Shown here in pieces: positions 9,146-16,773 of a stretch of 64,000 bases of DNA; the first letter of the stretch is position 1, and each line of letters begins with the position of its first letter. The translations under genes and the position numbers were made by a program. The DNA lies in contig DASPLK010000005.1 of assembly GCA_035627595.1 (NCBI GenBank), forward strand, positions 3,877-67,876. The letters run 5' to 3'. This DNA is from Minisyncoccota bacterium (GTDB lineage Bacteria > Patescibacteriota > Minisyncoccia > Phycocordibacterales > Phycocordibacteraceae). Below the pieces are notes generated by a model. It saw nothing but the letters and a program-made list of their open reading frames with translations. It ran no database searches and was not told where the DNA came from.

Positions 9146-10225
9146 TTAACGCATGATCTCGCTCAGGGATGGTGGTACGTATACCTCTTCTACCGTAAAC
9201 TCGTGCCTTCCGATGGTCTGACCCTCGGCTGTCTTTATGGATACGCGCCAACGGCCAGGCTCCGGGTTTGTCTTAACGCTGTACCCACGGTATCCCTCTG
9301 CCCTGCCGCCGGAAACCGGAAACGACACACGATTTACTGTCTGCCACTTCCCGTCGCGGAGATGCTCCCATTGGTGCACCACGGTCGCAGAAAAGCGTAT
9401 GGGAGCGAAGACCGCGCTATATGCGTAAAGGGGCGCGCCAGGGACGTGGTGCACGGTGACAGGCCTATAGAACTCCCACCAGGGACGCTCCGGTTCGGCA
9501 AGGACACGGTATCCGTCCGGCACCTTCTCAACCAGGTGGTATATCCGAACGTCTTTAAGGCCAAGCGGTAGAGGTGGAATAAGGCCCGTAAAATACGCGC
9601 CATTCATCAGTACGACTATGGCAACACTACTTAGGATTATCTGACGGAATCCCTTTCTGAATCGGCTCTCGCCCACACGGTACAGCACTAAGAGGAAGAT
9701 GAGGAATGCCGAGAGTGCGATGGCGCTACTAAGTCCAAACACCCATGGGCCAAGCTTCCCGATGAAAAGCGGAAGCGCGAATATCACGTACGCATAGAAA
9801 CCAAAGAAGAAGAGCGTTGTCTGGAATGCCAGGTGGTCTCGATATGAGCGGAAGATCTCGTTTCCAAAAAATACGACTGCCAGAAGCAGCAGGAATGGCC
9901 AGGAGACGCCGAGTACGGCTCCCTTAGTGTAGAAAATCAGTGAGCCGGAAAGGATGGCGCCAATCTCATACTGAATAAAGAGGGGCAAGAGAACGAGGAG
10001 TGTTTGGCTGATGCGCCCGGGACGCTCCCTTCTATGTGAAGCGAGGTAGTGCGCAAGGAGGATCGCTGTGCCTCCAAAAATCAAATACACCGTAAAGATG
10101 AGGTTTACGATACTAACCTCAAGGAGCGTGAACGCGGCAATGTCGCCTATAAACCCGGCAAGAAAAAATACGGACGAGAGCCAGCGTTCGTTTCGTTTCG
10201 CCCACGCTAGAAGGGCTTGATTCAT
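9146..10225 (-). CDS. polytopic membrane protein with a C-terminal soluble domain (DUF2914-like)
   Basis: 359 aa with about eight TM helices followed by a roughly 150-aa soluble C-terminal domain. Its start codon abuts the tRNA-Phe 3' end. Confidence 0.55.
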   Translation of the reverse strand: MNQALLAWAKRNERWLSSVFFLAGFIGDIAAFTLLEVSIVNLIFTVYLIFGGTAILLAHYLASHRRERPGRISQTLLVLLPLFIQYEIGAILSGSLIFYTKGAVLGVSWPFLLLLAVVFFGNEIFRSYRDHLAFQTTLFFFGFYAYVIFALPLFIGKLGPWVFGLSSAIALSAFLIFLLVLYRVGESRFRKGFRQIILSSVAIVVLMNGAYFTGLIPPLPLGLKDVRIYHLVEKVPDGYRVLAEPERPWWEFYRPVTVHHVPGAPLYAYSAVFAPIRFSATVVHQWEHLRDGKWQTVNRVSFPVSGGRAEGYRGYSVKTNPEPGRWRVSIKTAEGQTIGRHEFTVEEVYVPPSLSEIMR

Positions 10226-10302
10226 TGGTGCTTGGGGGCGGATTCGAACCGCCGACCCTTCGCTCTTCAGGCGAATGCTCTAACCAACTGAGCTACCCAA
10301 GC
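10226..10302 (-). tRNA. tRNA-Phe (anticodon GAA), CCA encoded
   Basis: The 77-nt sequence GCTTGGGTAGCTCAGTTGGTTAGAGCATTCGCCTGAAGAGCGAAGGGTCGGCGGTTCGAATCCGCCCCCAAGCACCA has a CTGAAGA anticodon loop. Confidence 0.9.
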
Positions 10303-10341
10303 AGTAGAGGCATCCTACCATACGGCATCCTGTTTTTCACC

Positions 10342-10614
10342 CTACTCCCTGCCTGTATACAGGCGGTATGCCTCCTCGATCATATCGGCTGAAGGAAGCC
10401 CCATAACGCTCGCACCGGCCCCTTTAGTAAGGGAGTCGAGGATAGGACCGATGAGTAGAAGCGGTAGGATGATGACTACGGTCCAGATCACTACCTTGGT
10501 CCAGAATGCGATGCGGCCGATGCGCCGCATCTGATGGAGCATCTCGTTATTCTCACGGGTAACCGCAATGTTCTCTTTAAGAAGCGCCTCAAGTGAATCG
10601 TGTTCTTTGTTCAT
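10342..10614 (-). CDS. small membrane protein, hypothetical
   Basis: 90 aa from MNKEHDSL with one TM helix. It lies 3 nt downstream of the DoxX stop. Confidence 0.45.
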   Translation of the reverse strand: MNKEHDSLEALLKENIAVTRENNEMLHQMRRIGRIAFWTKVVIWTVVIILPLLLIGPILDSLTKGAGASVMGLPSADMIEEAYRLYTGRE

Positions 10615-10616
10615 AG

Positions 10617-11075
10617 TTACGCAGAAACGACACACACGCCGTTCTTCTTTATACAAAAGAGGCCGCTACACTTATCACACTCCATTGTGTAGAGCGCGTA
10701 TCGACCAGAACCGATAAGTACAACCCCAATCATGGTGGCAGCCAAGAGCAGCTCGAACTCGGCCGCCGCAAACATAGAGCCGCCGCTAATGAGTAGTGCG
10801 GCTATTATCATTTCAATGCCGAGGACGCCGGCAAAAACGCGTGGCGCGATACCAAGTATGAGCGCGACACCACCCAATATCTCAAGCCAGGCGATGAATA
10901 TAGCAATCAGGGGCGAAAACCCGAGAGTATCAAAGAGCATAATGGTTGCGCTCATATCAGCGATTTTCTGATACCCATGAGAGAGAAATATGGAGCCGGC
11001 TGCGACACGCACGAGCAAAAGACCCGCAGAGCGGTTATAGAATATTTTGCTCACCCGACGTATGGCTGGCTGCAT
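10617..11075 (-). CDS. DoxX family membrane protein
   Basis: Four TM helices; the LLLVRVAAGSIFLSHGYQK N-terminus is typical of DoxX. Confidence 0.7.
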   Translation of the reverse strand: MQPAIRRVSKIFYNRSAGLLLVRVAAGSIFLSHGYQKIADMSATIMLFDTLGFSPLIAIFIAWLEILGGVALILGIAPRVFAGVLGIEMIIAALLISGGSMFAAAEFELLLAATMIGVVLIGSGRYALYTMECDKCSGLFCIKKNGVCVVSA

Positions 11076-11109
11076 GAAGTGCGTGTCCGATGAGTATAGC
11101 ACTAGGGGA

Positions 11110-11775
11110 CTATTCTGCCTTTAAAAGACAGGCTTTTAGCTCATTTGTCTCCGTCCAACCGCACTCACCGCTAGGCTGGCGCTCACAGGTAGCGCCCCTG
11201 TAGCAGGCGTATGATTCCCGATATTCGCAGGTAGAGACAATGTCTGGCCTGTCGCTACACAGATGCATAGAGCAGCCGCCGACATAACACGTTGTGGGAG
11301 CGGGTGTAGGCGTGGGCGTGGCTATGTCACGCTCTTCTATGAAAAATGTAAGGCGGTAGTCCCCTTCAGCTATATCTTGTCCCGAGCGCGTCTCAGGCGC
11401 TACGCTCGCAAAAAGGACTTCCTCCGCCTCAGTGGTGACGCTGTTTCCAAGCGTAATGGTATTAGTGCTTGTACCCATGCCAGATACTATCTCAACATCT
11501 GCACGGACGGTTCCCGCCTGAATACACTGTACGTCAGTCGGGCACCGACTGTCTTCAATGATAGAGAGCGGCGTGACCCGCAGATTCTCAAAGAGAGCGG
11601 ACTCCCCGAGCGCGAGCGTCACTTCGCCGTACTGGCGCACCTGAGGGGCCCCTTCGGTTGTGGTAGCAACCCCAAGCGGTGACTCGGGCCGTGCATAATC
11701 GTATGCCGCGTAGGCGACCGCTCCTAGGGCAATAGCTGCTATGGAGACAAACAGGATGATATACGGGCGGTTCAT
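11110..11775 (-). CDS. secreted or membrane-anchored protein with a C-terminal cysteine-rich module
   Basis: It has an N-terminal signal/anchor helix. The C-terminus carries ten Cys residues (RCPTDVQC...CYVGGCSMHLCSD...CEYRESYACYRGATCERQPSGECGW...KAC). No family was recognised. Confidence 0.55.
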   Translation of the reverse strand: MNRPYIILFVSIAAIALGAVAYAAYDYARPESPLGVATTTEGAPQVRQYGEVTLALGESALFENLRVTPLSIIEDSRCPTDVQCIQAGTVRADVEIVSGMGTSTNTITLGNSVTTEAEEVLFASVAPETRSGQDIAEGDYRLTFFIEERDIATPTPTPAPTTCYVGGCSMHLCSDRPDIVSTCEYRESYACYRGATCERQPSGECGWTETNELKACLLKAE

Positions 11776-11833
11776 ATGCCTTTCACCTTTAAAAATTAAG
11801 ACGGGTACGGCAGAGCTTTCTGTCCGGTCTACG

Positions 11834-11907
11834 GGTGCCCCCGCTAGGAATCGAACCTAGATCATCGCGTTAGGAGTGCGAAGTTCTATCCATTGAACTA
11901 CAGGGGC
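11834..11907 (-). tRNA. tRNA-Arg (anticodon CCT)
   Basis: GCCCCTGTAGTTCAATGGATAGAACTTCGCACTCCTAACGCGATGATCTAGGTTCGATTCCTAGCGGGGGCACC has a CTCCTAA anticodon loop with one A:C mismatch closing the anticodon stem. The CC is encoded but not the terminal A. Confidence 0.75.
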
Positions 11908-11924
11908 GACGTCCGAAGACTAAC

Positions 11925-11947
11925 ACAAAACCGCGCTCTTCGCGCGG
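11925..11947 (-). terminator. intrinsic terminator downstream of the glutaredoxin gene
   Basis: The minus-strand RNA reads GCCGCGCGAAGAGCGCGG followed by UUUUGU. Confidence 0.65.
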
Positions 11948-11970
11948 CTCTATGGCTCCTTATAACGCCC

Positions 11971-12213
11971 CTAGGCAGCTGCGCCAAAAAGGGATTCGAG
12001 CTTCGGCTTATCGAAGCCAACGATGACTTCCTCGTCCACTAGGATGACCGGAACGCCCATCTGGCCGCTCTTCTGAATCATCTCCTGACGCTTATCAAGG
12101 TCTGCTGCAACGTTGTGCTCAGTGTAGCTAATGCCCTTACCAGCAAGGAACTCCTTGGTCATCTGGCAAAAATGGCAGGTTGGGGTGCTGTAAATTGTGA
12201 CGTTCTTATCCAT
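11971..12213 (-). CDS. glutaredoxin-like protein (NrdH/Grx family)
   Basis: 80 aa with a TPTCHFCQ redox motif and thioredoxin fold length. Confidence 0.75.
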   Translation of the reverse strand: MDKNVTIYSTPTCHFCQMTKEFLAGKGISYTEHNVAADLDKRQEMIQKSGQMGVPVILVDEEVIVGFDKPKLESLFGAAA

Positions 12214-12261
12214 ACAAAGTGTTTAGTAGGGGCAGTATAGCATATGGGCCCTGGGGATAAC

Positions 12262-12819
12262 TTAGCGTCTGTTGCGCCCAATATTATCCTCGTGATTTAG
12301 ACGCCCTAGTGCGGCCGTGCGCGATACCTGACGGTTTTGTTCAGCAAGTTTTATCTTGTCTTGATCAAGCTTGCGCTTCAGCGTCGGTATACGGGAAGTG
12401 ATTTCGCGGATACGCGCTCGCATTTTCTCCATTCTCGTCTGCGCTTCGCGCTCTTTTGCACTACCTGTGCGCTGCGCATGTTCCATGCGCCGCTCCACCC
12501 CCTCCGCCTCACGCTTCATACGCTCGGCCTCTTCGCGTTTACGCTGCGCTTCGTCAAGCGCGTGTCGTGCTTCAGATTCAAGCCGTGTAGCCTCCCGAAG
12601 ACGGTACTCCGCCTCGCGCGCAAGCTTCTCCGCTTCCTCGTCCGTGCTCCCTGCATCATGCACCGCTGCAGAAGCCCGGTGCAAATCGGTCTCTGCTTGA
12701 CGCTTCTCAGACTCCGTACGCCGAAGCTCATCCTGAAGGGTAGCTAGTTCGCGCTCCTCACGTGCAATTTCTGATTGCAACCGATCACGCTCGCGCTCCA
12801 TTTGGAAGATGTCTGCCAT
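12262..12819 (-). CDS. coiled-coil protein, hypothetical
   Basis: 185 aa, E/R/A-rich with a heptad character (ERERDRLQSEIAREERELATLQDELRR...). Confidence 0.5.
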   Translation of the reverse strand: MADIFQMERERDRLQSEIAREERELATLQDELRRTESEKRQAETDLHRASAAVHDAGSTDEEAEKLAREAEYRLREATRLESEARHALDEAQRKREEAERMKREAEGVERRMEHAQRTGSAKEREAQTRMEKMRARIREITSRIPTLKRKLDQDKIKLAEQNRQVSRTAALGRLNHEDNIGRNRR

Positions 12820-12844
12820 GACTCTATGGTATCACTTATGCCAG

Positions 12845-12915
12845 TGCGGAATACGAGAATCGAACTCGTACCTGATGCTTGGGAAGCATCCGTTCTACCA
12901 CTAAACTAATTCCGC
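12845..12915 (-). tRNA. tRNA-Gly (anticodon CCC), no CCA encoded
   Basis: The 71-nt sequence GCGGAATTAGTTTAGTGGTAGAACGGATGCTTCCCAAGCATCAGGTACGAGTTCGATTCTCGTATTCCGCA has a TTCCCAA anticodon loop. Confidence 0.85.
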
Positions 12916-12918
12916 TTT

Positions 12919-13278
12919 CTACCAGATCCCGAACCATCCCAAAGTCTTTTTCCACCAGGGCAGCGTAGGAGTTGTGGTTGCCTCTTTAGGGGGCACCACG
13001 ATGATAACCTCCTCTCCGGGACGCGCAACTCCATACGTCTCCCGCAAGGTCGCCTCATGTCCACGTTCGGTACTGAGCTCCTCAAGGTTCCCCTCCAAGG
13101 TTGCTTCGCGCTCTCGAAGGATGCGTAGCTGCTCCTGAGTCTCTGCTGCCGCATGTCGGGCTACCTCTTCCTTCCTGAAGATGCCAAACACCATGAAAAG
13201 AAGCCACACGATGACAAGTGCGAGTATGCCCGCGATGAGGTATTCGCGCGCACGTGTCTTATGTGTCTTACGGGGCAT
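12919..13278 (-). CDS. septum formation initiator family protein (FtsB/DivIC-like)
   Basis: One N-terminal TM helix, a coiled coil, and a C-terminal RETYGVARPGEEVIIV motif resembling the FtsB/DivIC signature. Confidence 0.6.
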   Translation of the reverse strand: MPRKTHKTRAREYLIAGILALVIVWLLFMVFGIFRKEEVARHAAAETQEQLRILREREATLEGNLEELSTERGHEATLRETYGVARPGEEVIIVVPPKEATTTPTLPWWKKTLGWFGIW

Positions 13279-13296
13279 AGCCCCAAGTATAGCAAG

Positions 13297-15090
13297 CTAG
13301 CGCTCGCTATCCTGGACCATCTTCATAAAGACGTCCTGGGGAATGTCCATCTTTGCATGTTCGCCACGGCGCTTCTTTCCCTTCTTCTGCTTCTCGAGGA
13401 GCTTCATCTTACGGGTGATGTCGCCGCCATACAGATAGCCGGTGACATCCTTGCGAAAGGCGGATAGGGACTTGGAAGCGATGATGCGTCCCATAGCGAA
13501 CGCCTGGATCTTTGTCACGAACTGCTGGCGCGGCAAAATATTGTTGAGCTTCTCCACCATGCGCTCCCCTTCCTCTTGGACCCTGCGTCGGGCAACCACG
13601 CGCGCAAATGCTGGCACAGTCTCCTCCGCGACATGTATATCAAGCTTCACGACGTCTGCTGGTCGCTCATCAAGGAACTCGTACGAAAGCGATGCGTATC
13701 CAGAAGAGACGTTCTTCACACGGTCAAAGAAACCGCGCATAAGCTCGCGGAGCGGCATCTCTGCGACAAGCTCCATGCGTCCATCCAAGTGCGCTTGGCT
13801 GCTCATTACCGCACCCTCGTGGTCATGGAAGAGCTGGATCATGCCGGACAAAGATTCGGGCGGCGTGATAAGCACGACTTTCACCCACGGCTCTTCAATT
13901 GCGGTGATATCACCAAACGGCGGGAACTTTGAAGGCGTGTAAATAGTCTCACGCTTCCCATTCTTATTTGTAACAATGTACGCGATTGTTGGGATTGTAA
14001 CGATAAGCGTCAGGTTAAATTCACGCTTCAAGCGCTCGGTAACAATCTCAAGATGGAGCATGCCCAGGAAACCGCAGCGGAAACCACGACCAAGGACGCC
14101 CGAGGACTCTTCCTCAAACGAGAGCGAAGAATCGGAGAGCCTGAGGCGCTCAAGTGCGAGTCGCAGCTCAGAAAGATCATCCTGACTTTCAGGATATACC
14201 GAGGCCCACACGACCGGACGTGGGCGCGCGAAGCCCTCCAGAGGCGGGGTAACGGCTCTGTCGGATAGGACGGTATCACCCACCGCAACGACGCCCGCCT
14301 CCTTCACTCCAGTCACGATGTATCCAATCTCACCAGCAGCAAGTTGCTCGGTCGGAAGTTCGTCGGGCATGAAAATACCTGTCTCAAGTGCGGTGAAGCG
14401 CTGGTTAGCAGCAGCGAATTTGAGTACGTCTCCCTTTTTCAAAGTGCCGTCAAAGACGCGCGCGAAGACAGCGATGCCGCGATGGGTCGAGTATGAGAAA
14501 TCAAAAATGAGCGCGCGCGTATCGCCGCTACCTTCTCGTGGAGCAGGCACTCGAGCGATAATCGCTTCCAGAAGAGCCTCGACGCCCTCGCCGGTCTTTC
14601 CAGAGACAGCAAGCACGGTCTCAGGATCTACTGACAGCAGCTCAGCAAGCTCAATAGAGACATCATCCACGCGAGATGCAGGCGCATCGATCTTTGAGAG
14701 CACAGGGATGATGGTACAGCCCGCGTCCTTGGCCATTTGAAGCGTGGTCAGGGTCTGTGCCTGCACGCCCTGGGTAGAATCTACAAGCAAGACGACGCCC
14801 TCGACTGCGGACAATGCGCGCGAAACTTCGTACGCAAAGTCGATATGGCCCGGGGTATCGATGAGGTTCAAAATATATTCCTCGCCGTCCTTAGCACGGT
14901 ACTTCATCCTGGCCGGCTGCATTTTGATGGTGATTCCGCGCTCGCGCTCAAGGTCCATCTTGTCCAAGACCTGGTCGCGCATCTTTCGAGCCTCTATGGT
15001 GCCGGTACGCTCAAGGAGCCTATCGGCAAGTGTAGACTTGCCGTGGTCAATGTGCGCGATGATGGAAAAGTTGCGGATGCGATTGGTCAT
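13297..15090 (-). CDS. lepA: elongation factor 4 (LepA)
   Basis: IIAHIDHGKSTLADRLL G-domain, 597 aa, with the LepA C-terminal domain. Confidence 0.95.
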   Translation of the reverse strand: MTNRIRNFSIIAHIDHGKSTLADRLLERTGTIEARKMRDQVLDKMDLERERGITIKMQPARMKYRAKDGEEYILNLIDTPGHIDFAYEVSRALSAVEGVVLLVDSTQGVQAQTLTTLQMAKDAGCTIIPVLSKIDAPASRVDDVSIELAELLSVDPETVLAVSGKTGEGVEALLEAIIARVPAPREGSGDTRALIFDFSYSTHRGIAVFARVFDGTLKKGDVLKFAAANQRFTALETGIFMPDELPTEQLAAGEIGYIVTGVKEAGVVAVGDTVLSDRAVTPPLEGFARPRPVVWASVYPESQDDLSELRLALERLRLSDSSLSFEEESSGVLGRGFRCGFLGMLHLEIVTERLKREFNLTLIVTIPTIAYIVTNKNGKRETIYTPSKFPPFGDITAIEEPWVKVVLITPPESLSGMIQLFHDHEGAVMSSQAHLDGRMELVAEMPLRELMRGFFDRVKNVSSGYASLSYEFLDERPADVVKLDIHVAEETVPAFARVVARRRVQEEGERMVEKLNNILPRQQFVTKIQAFAMGRIIASKSLSAFRKDVTGYLYGGDITRKMKLLEKQKKGKKRRGEHAKMDIPQDVFMKMVQDSER

Positions 15091-16766
15091 TGGTTCGGAC
15101 CGCCGAGTATGGAACCGGACGGCGGTAGAGCTCGAGTCGAGGTGAGCCTGCGTAGCGTCTGGTAGAGGTCCCGGAACTCTCTGTTCTCCAGAAGGACGAG
15201 AACCGCTGCAGAAACGACTAGACCCACCATACCAGCGACTGCGCCCTGCGTGAAGACCAGGAAGAGATTCGACAACGGCGCGATGTTGCCCATGAAGGAC
15301 AGCGCGCCATAAGCGGCAGATCCGCCAAGGATTGCGGCGCCCATGCCCTCAAACAGCGGACGGATGAGATCTTTGCCTACTCCGGGGGCTACATCCTTAA
15401 GAGTCGCAAATGCTATTACGCCCATCACGAGCTGGCCGACCAAGGCACCAAGCGCGATCAAGAGAATCTCGCTTCCCGGCACGTCCTCTACTCTAAAGAG
15501 TCCTTCCACGAAATATCGGACTAGGGGCTCAGCGCGCGCAAGAGCCAAGAAGCCCCAGGCGCATGCCCCTGAGATAAGCGCGCCGCCAAGTTGAATAAGG
15601 AACGGATTCCAGGAACGCCCAGACGCGTAAAATGCACGCGAAGCGAGCAGAACGAATCCTTGCGCCACGAGTGCCATGACAAGTATGGCGAGCACCGCTG
15701 CAGTGAGTCTCGTCGCATCCCAGTCAAATGCACCCGATCCGAGGATGATGCGCACGAGATGCGCCCTCAGGACAATGAACAGGACAAGCGCTGCGGACGA
15801 CCAGAAGATGAGGTGGCGCGCTGCGGCAGTAAGAGTTGCCCTGAACTCTTCGAATTTCTTCTGCCCCACCTGCTCGGCAAGCACGGGAAAGGCCGCGGTC
15901 GCGTAGGATGCGCCGATGAGCGCGAGCGGCACTGCCTCTAGGTTCGCGGCAAATGTGAACACGGCGACGCTTCCCTCTCCGACTCCTGCTGCGAGCACTG
16001 TAAGAAGGAGCATGGTGACCGCACTCATCGCAAGGGCAAGTGAACGCGGCGCGGAATCCGCCACGACATCCTTAAGGAGCGAGAACCGCGGCAGGCACAG
16101 ACGCGGGGTCAATCCCGCCTTCCATACGACCGGTAGGTGTATGGATACATGGAGCACCGCGCCTGCGATGACACCCCAACCGATACCGATAAGCCCGTAG
16201 ATCGGGTAAAGGAACACGGTTCCCGCGATAATGCCAAGGTTGTACAGCACCGGCGAAAGCGCGAACAAGAAGAACTTGCGCTCAATCTGCGTTACGGACG
16301 TGAGGATGCCCGAAAGCCCAAGCAAGAGCGGCTGTACCAGAAGAAGCCGTATGAGCAGCACGAACTGGTCAGCCTCGCTTGAGGATGCGAAGTCTGGGAA
16401 GAACGTGAACGCAATATCTCGGGCAAACACTGCAAGCACGAGACACAGCACGCCCCCGCCTATAAGTAGGAACGATGCTGTCTCGGATATGAGCACCCGT
16501 GCGTCTTTCTTCCCTGATGAGGCAATACGCGGAATGAGCACGTATGCAGACACCAGGGAGGCGACGAGTGCAAACACAAGATCCGGAATCTTGAACGCTG
16601 CGTAGTAGAGGTCGAGCGTCTCAGATGCGCCAAACGTGTGCGCGAAGATACGATCCCTCAACAGCGCAAGCAGCTGGGATGCAAGCGTGAGCGCAGCAAG
16701 CAAGTACGCGGCCTGATGTAGGCCGCGTACCGGTGCTGTTAGTCGTCCAAATATCTTGCGAACCAT
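15087..16766 (-). CDS. murJ: lipid II flippase MurJ
   Basis: 559 aa with 14 TM helices. The N-terminal LLRDRIFAHTFGASETLDLYYAAFKIPD matches MurJ/MviN. The start overlaps the lepA end by 4 nt. Confidence 0.85.
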   Translation of the reverse strand: MVRKIFGRLTAPVRGLHQAAYLLAALTLASQLLALLRDRIFAHTFGASETLDLYYAAFKIPDLVFALVASLVSAYVLIPRIASSGKKDARVLISETASFLLIGGGVLCLVLAVFARDIAFTFFPDFASSSEADQFVLLIRLLLVQPLLLGLSGILTSVTQIERKFFLFALSPVLYNLGIIAGTVFLYPIYGLIGIGWGVIAGAVLHVSIHLPVVWKAGLTPRLCLPRFSLLKDVVADSAPRSLALAMSAVTMLLLTVLAAGVGEGSVAVFTFAANLEAVPLALIGASYATAAFPVLAEQVGQKKFEEFRATLTAAARHLIFWSSAALVLFIVLRAHLVRIILGSGAFDWDATRLTAAVLAILVMALVAQGFVLLASRAFYASGRSWNPFLIQLGGALISGACAWGFLALARAEPLVRYFVEGLFRVEDVPGSEILLIALGALVGQLVMGVIAFATLKDVAPGVGKDLIRPLFEGMGAAILGGSAAYGALSFMGNIAPLSNLFLVFTQGAVAGMVGLVVSAAVLVLLENREFRDLYQTLRRLTSTRALPPSGSILGGPNQ

Positions 16767-16773
16767 CCCTCAG

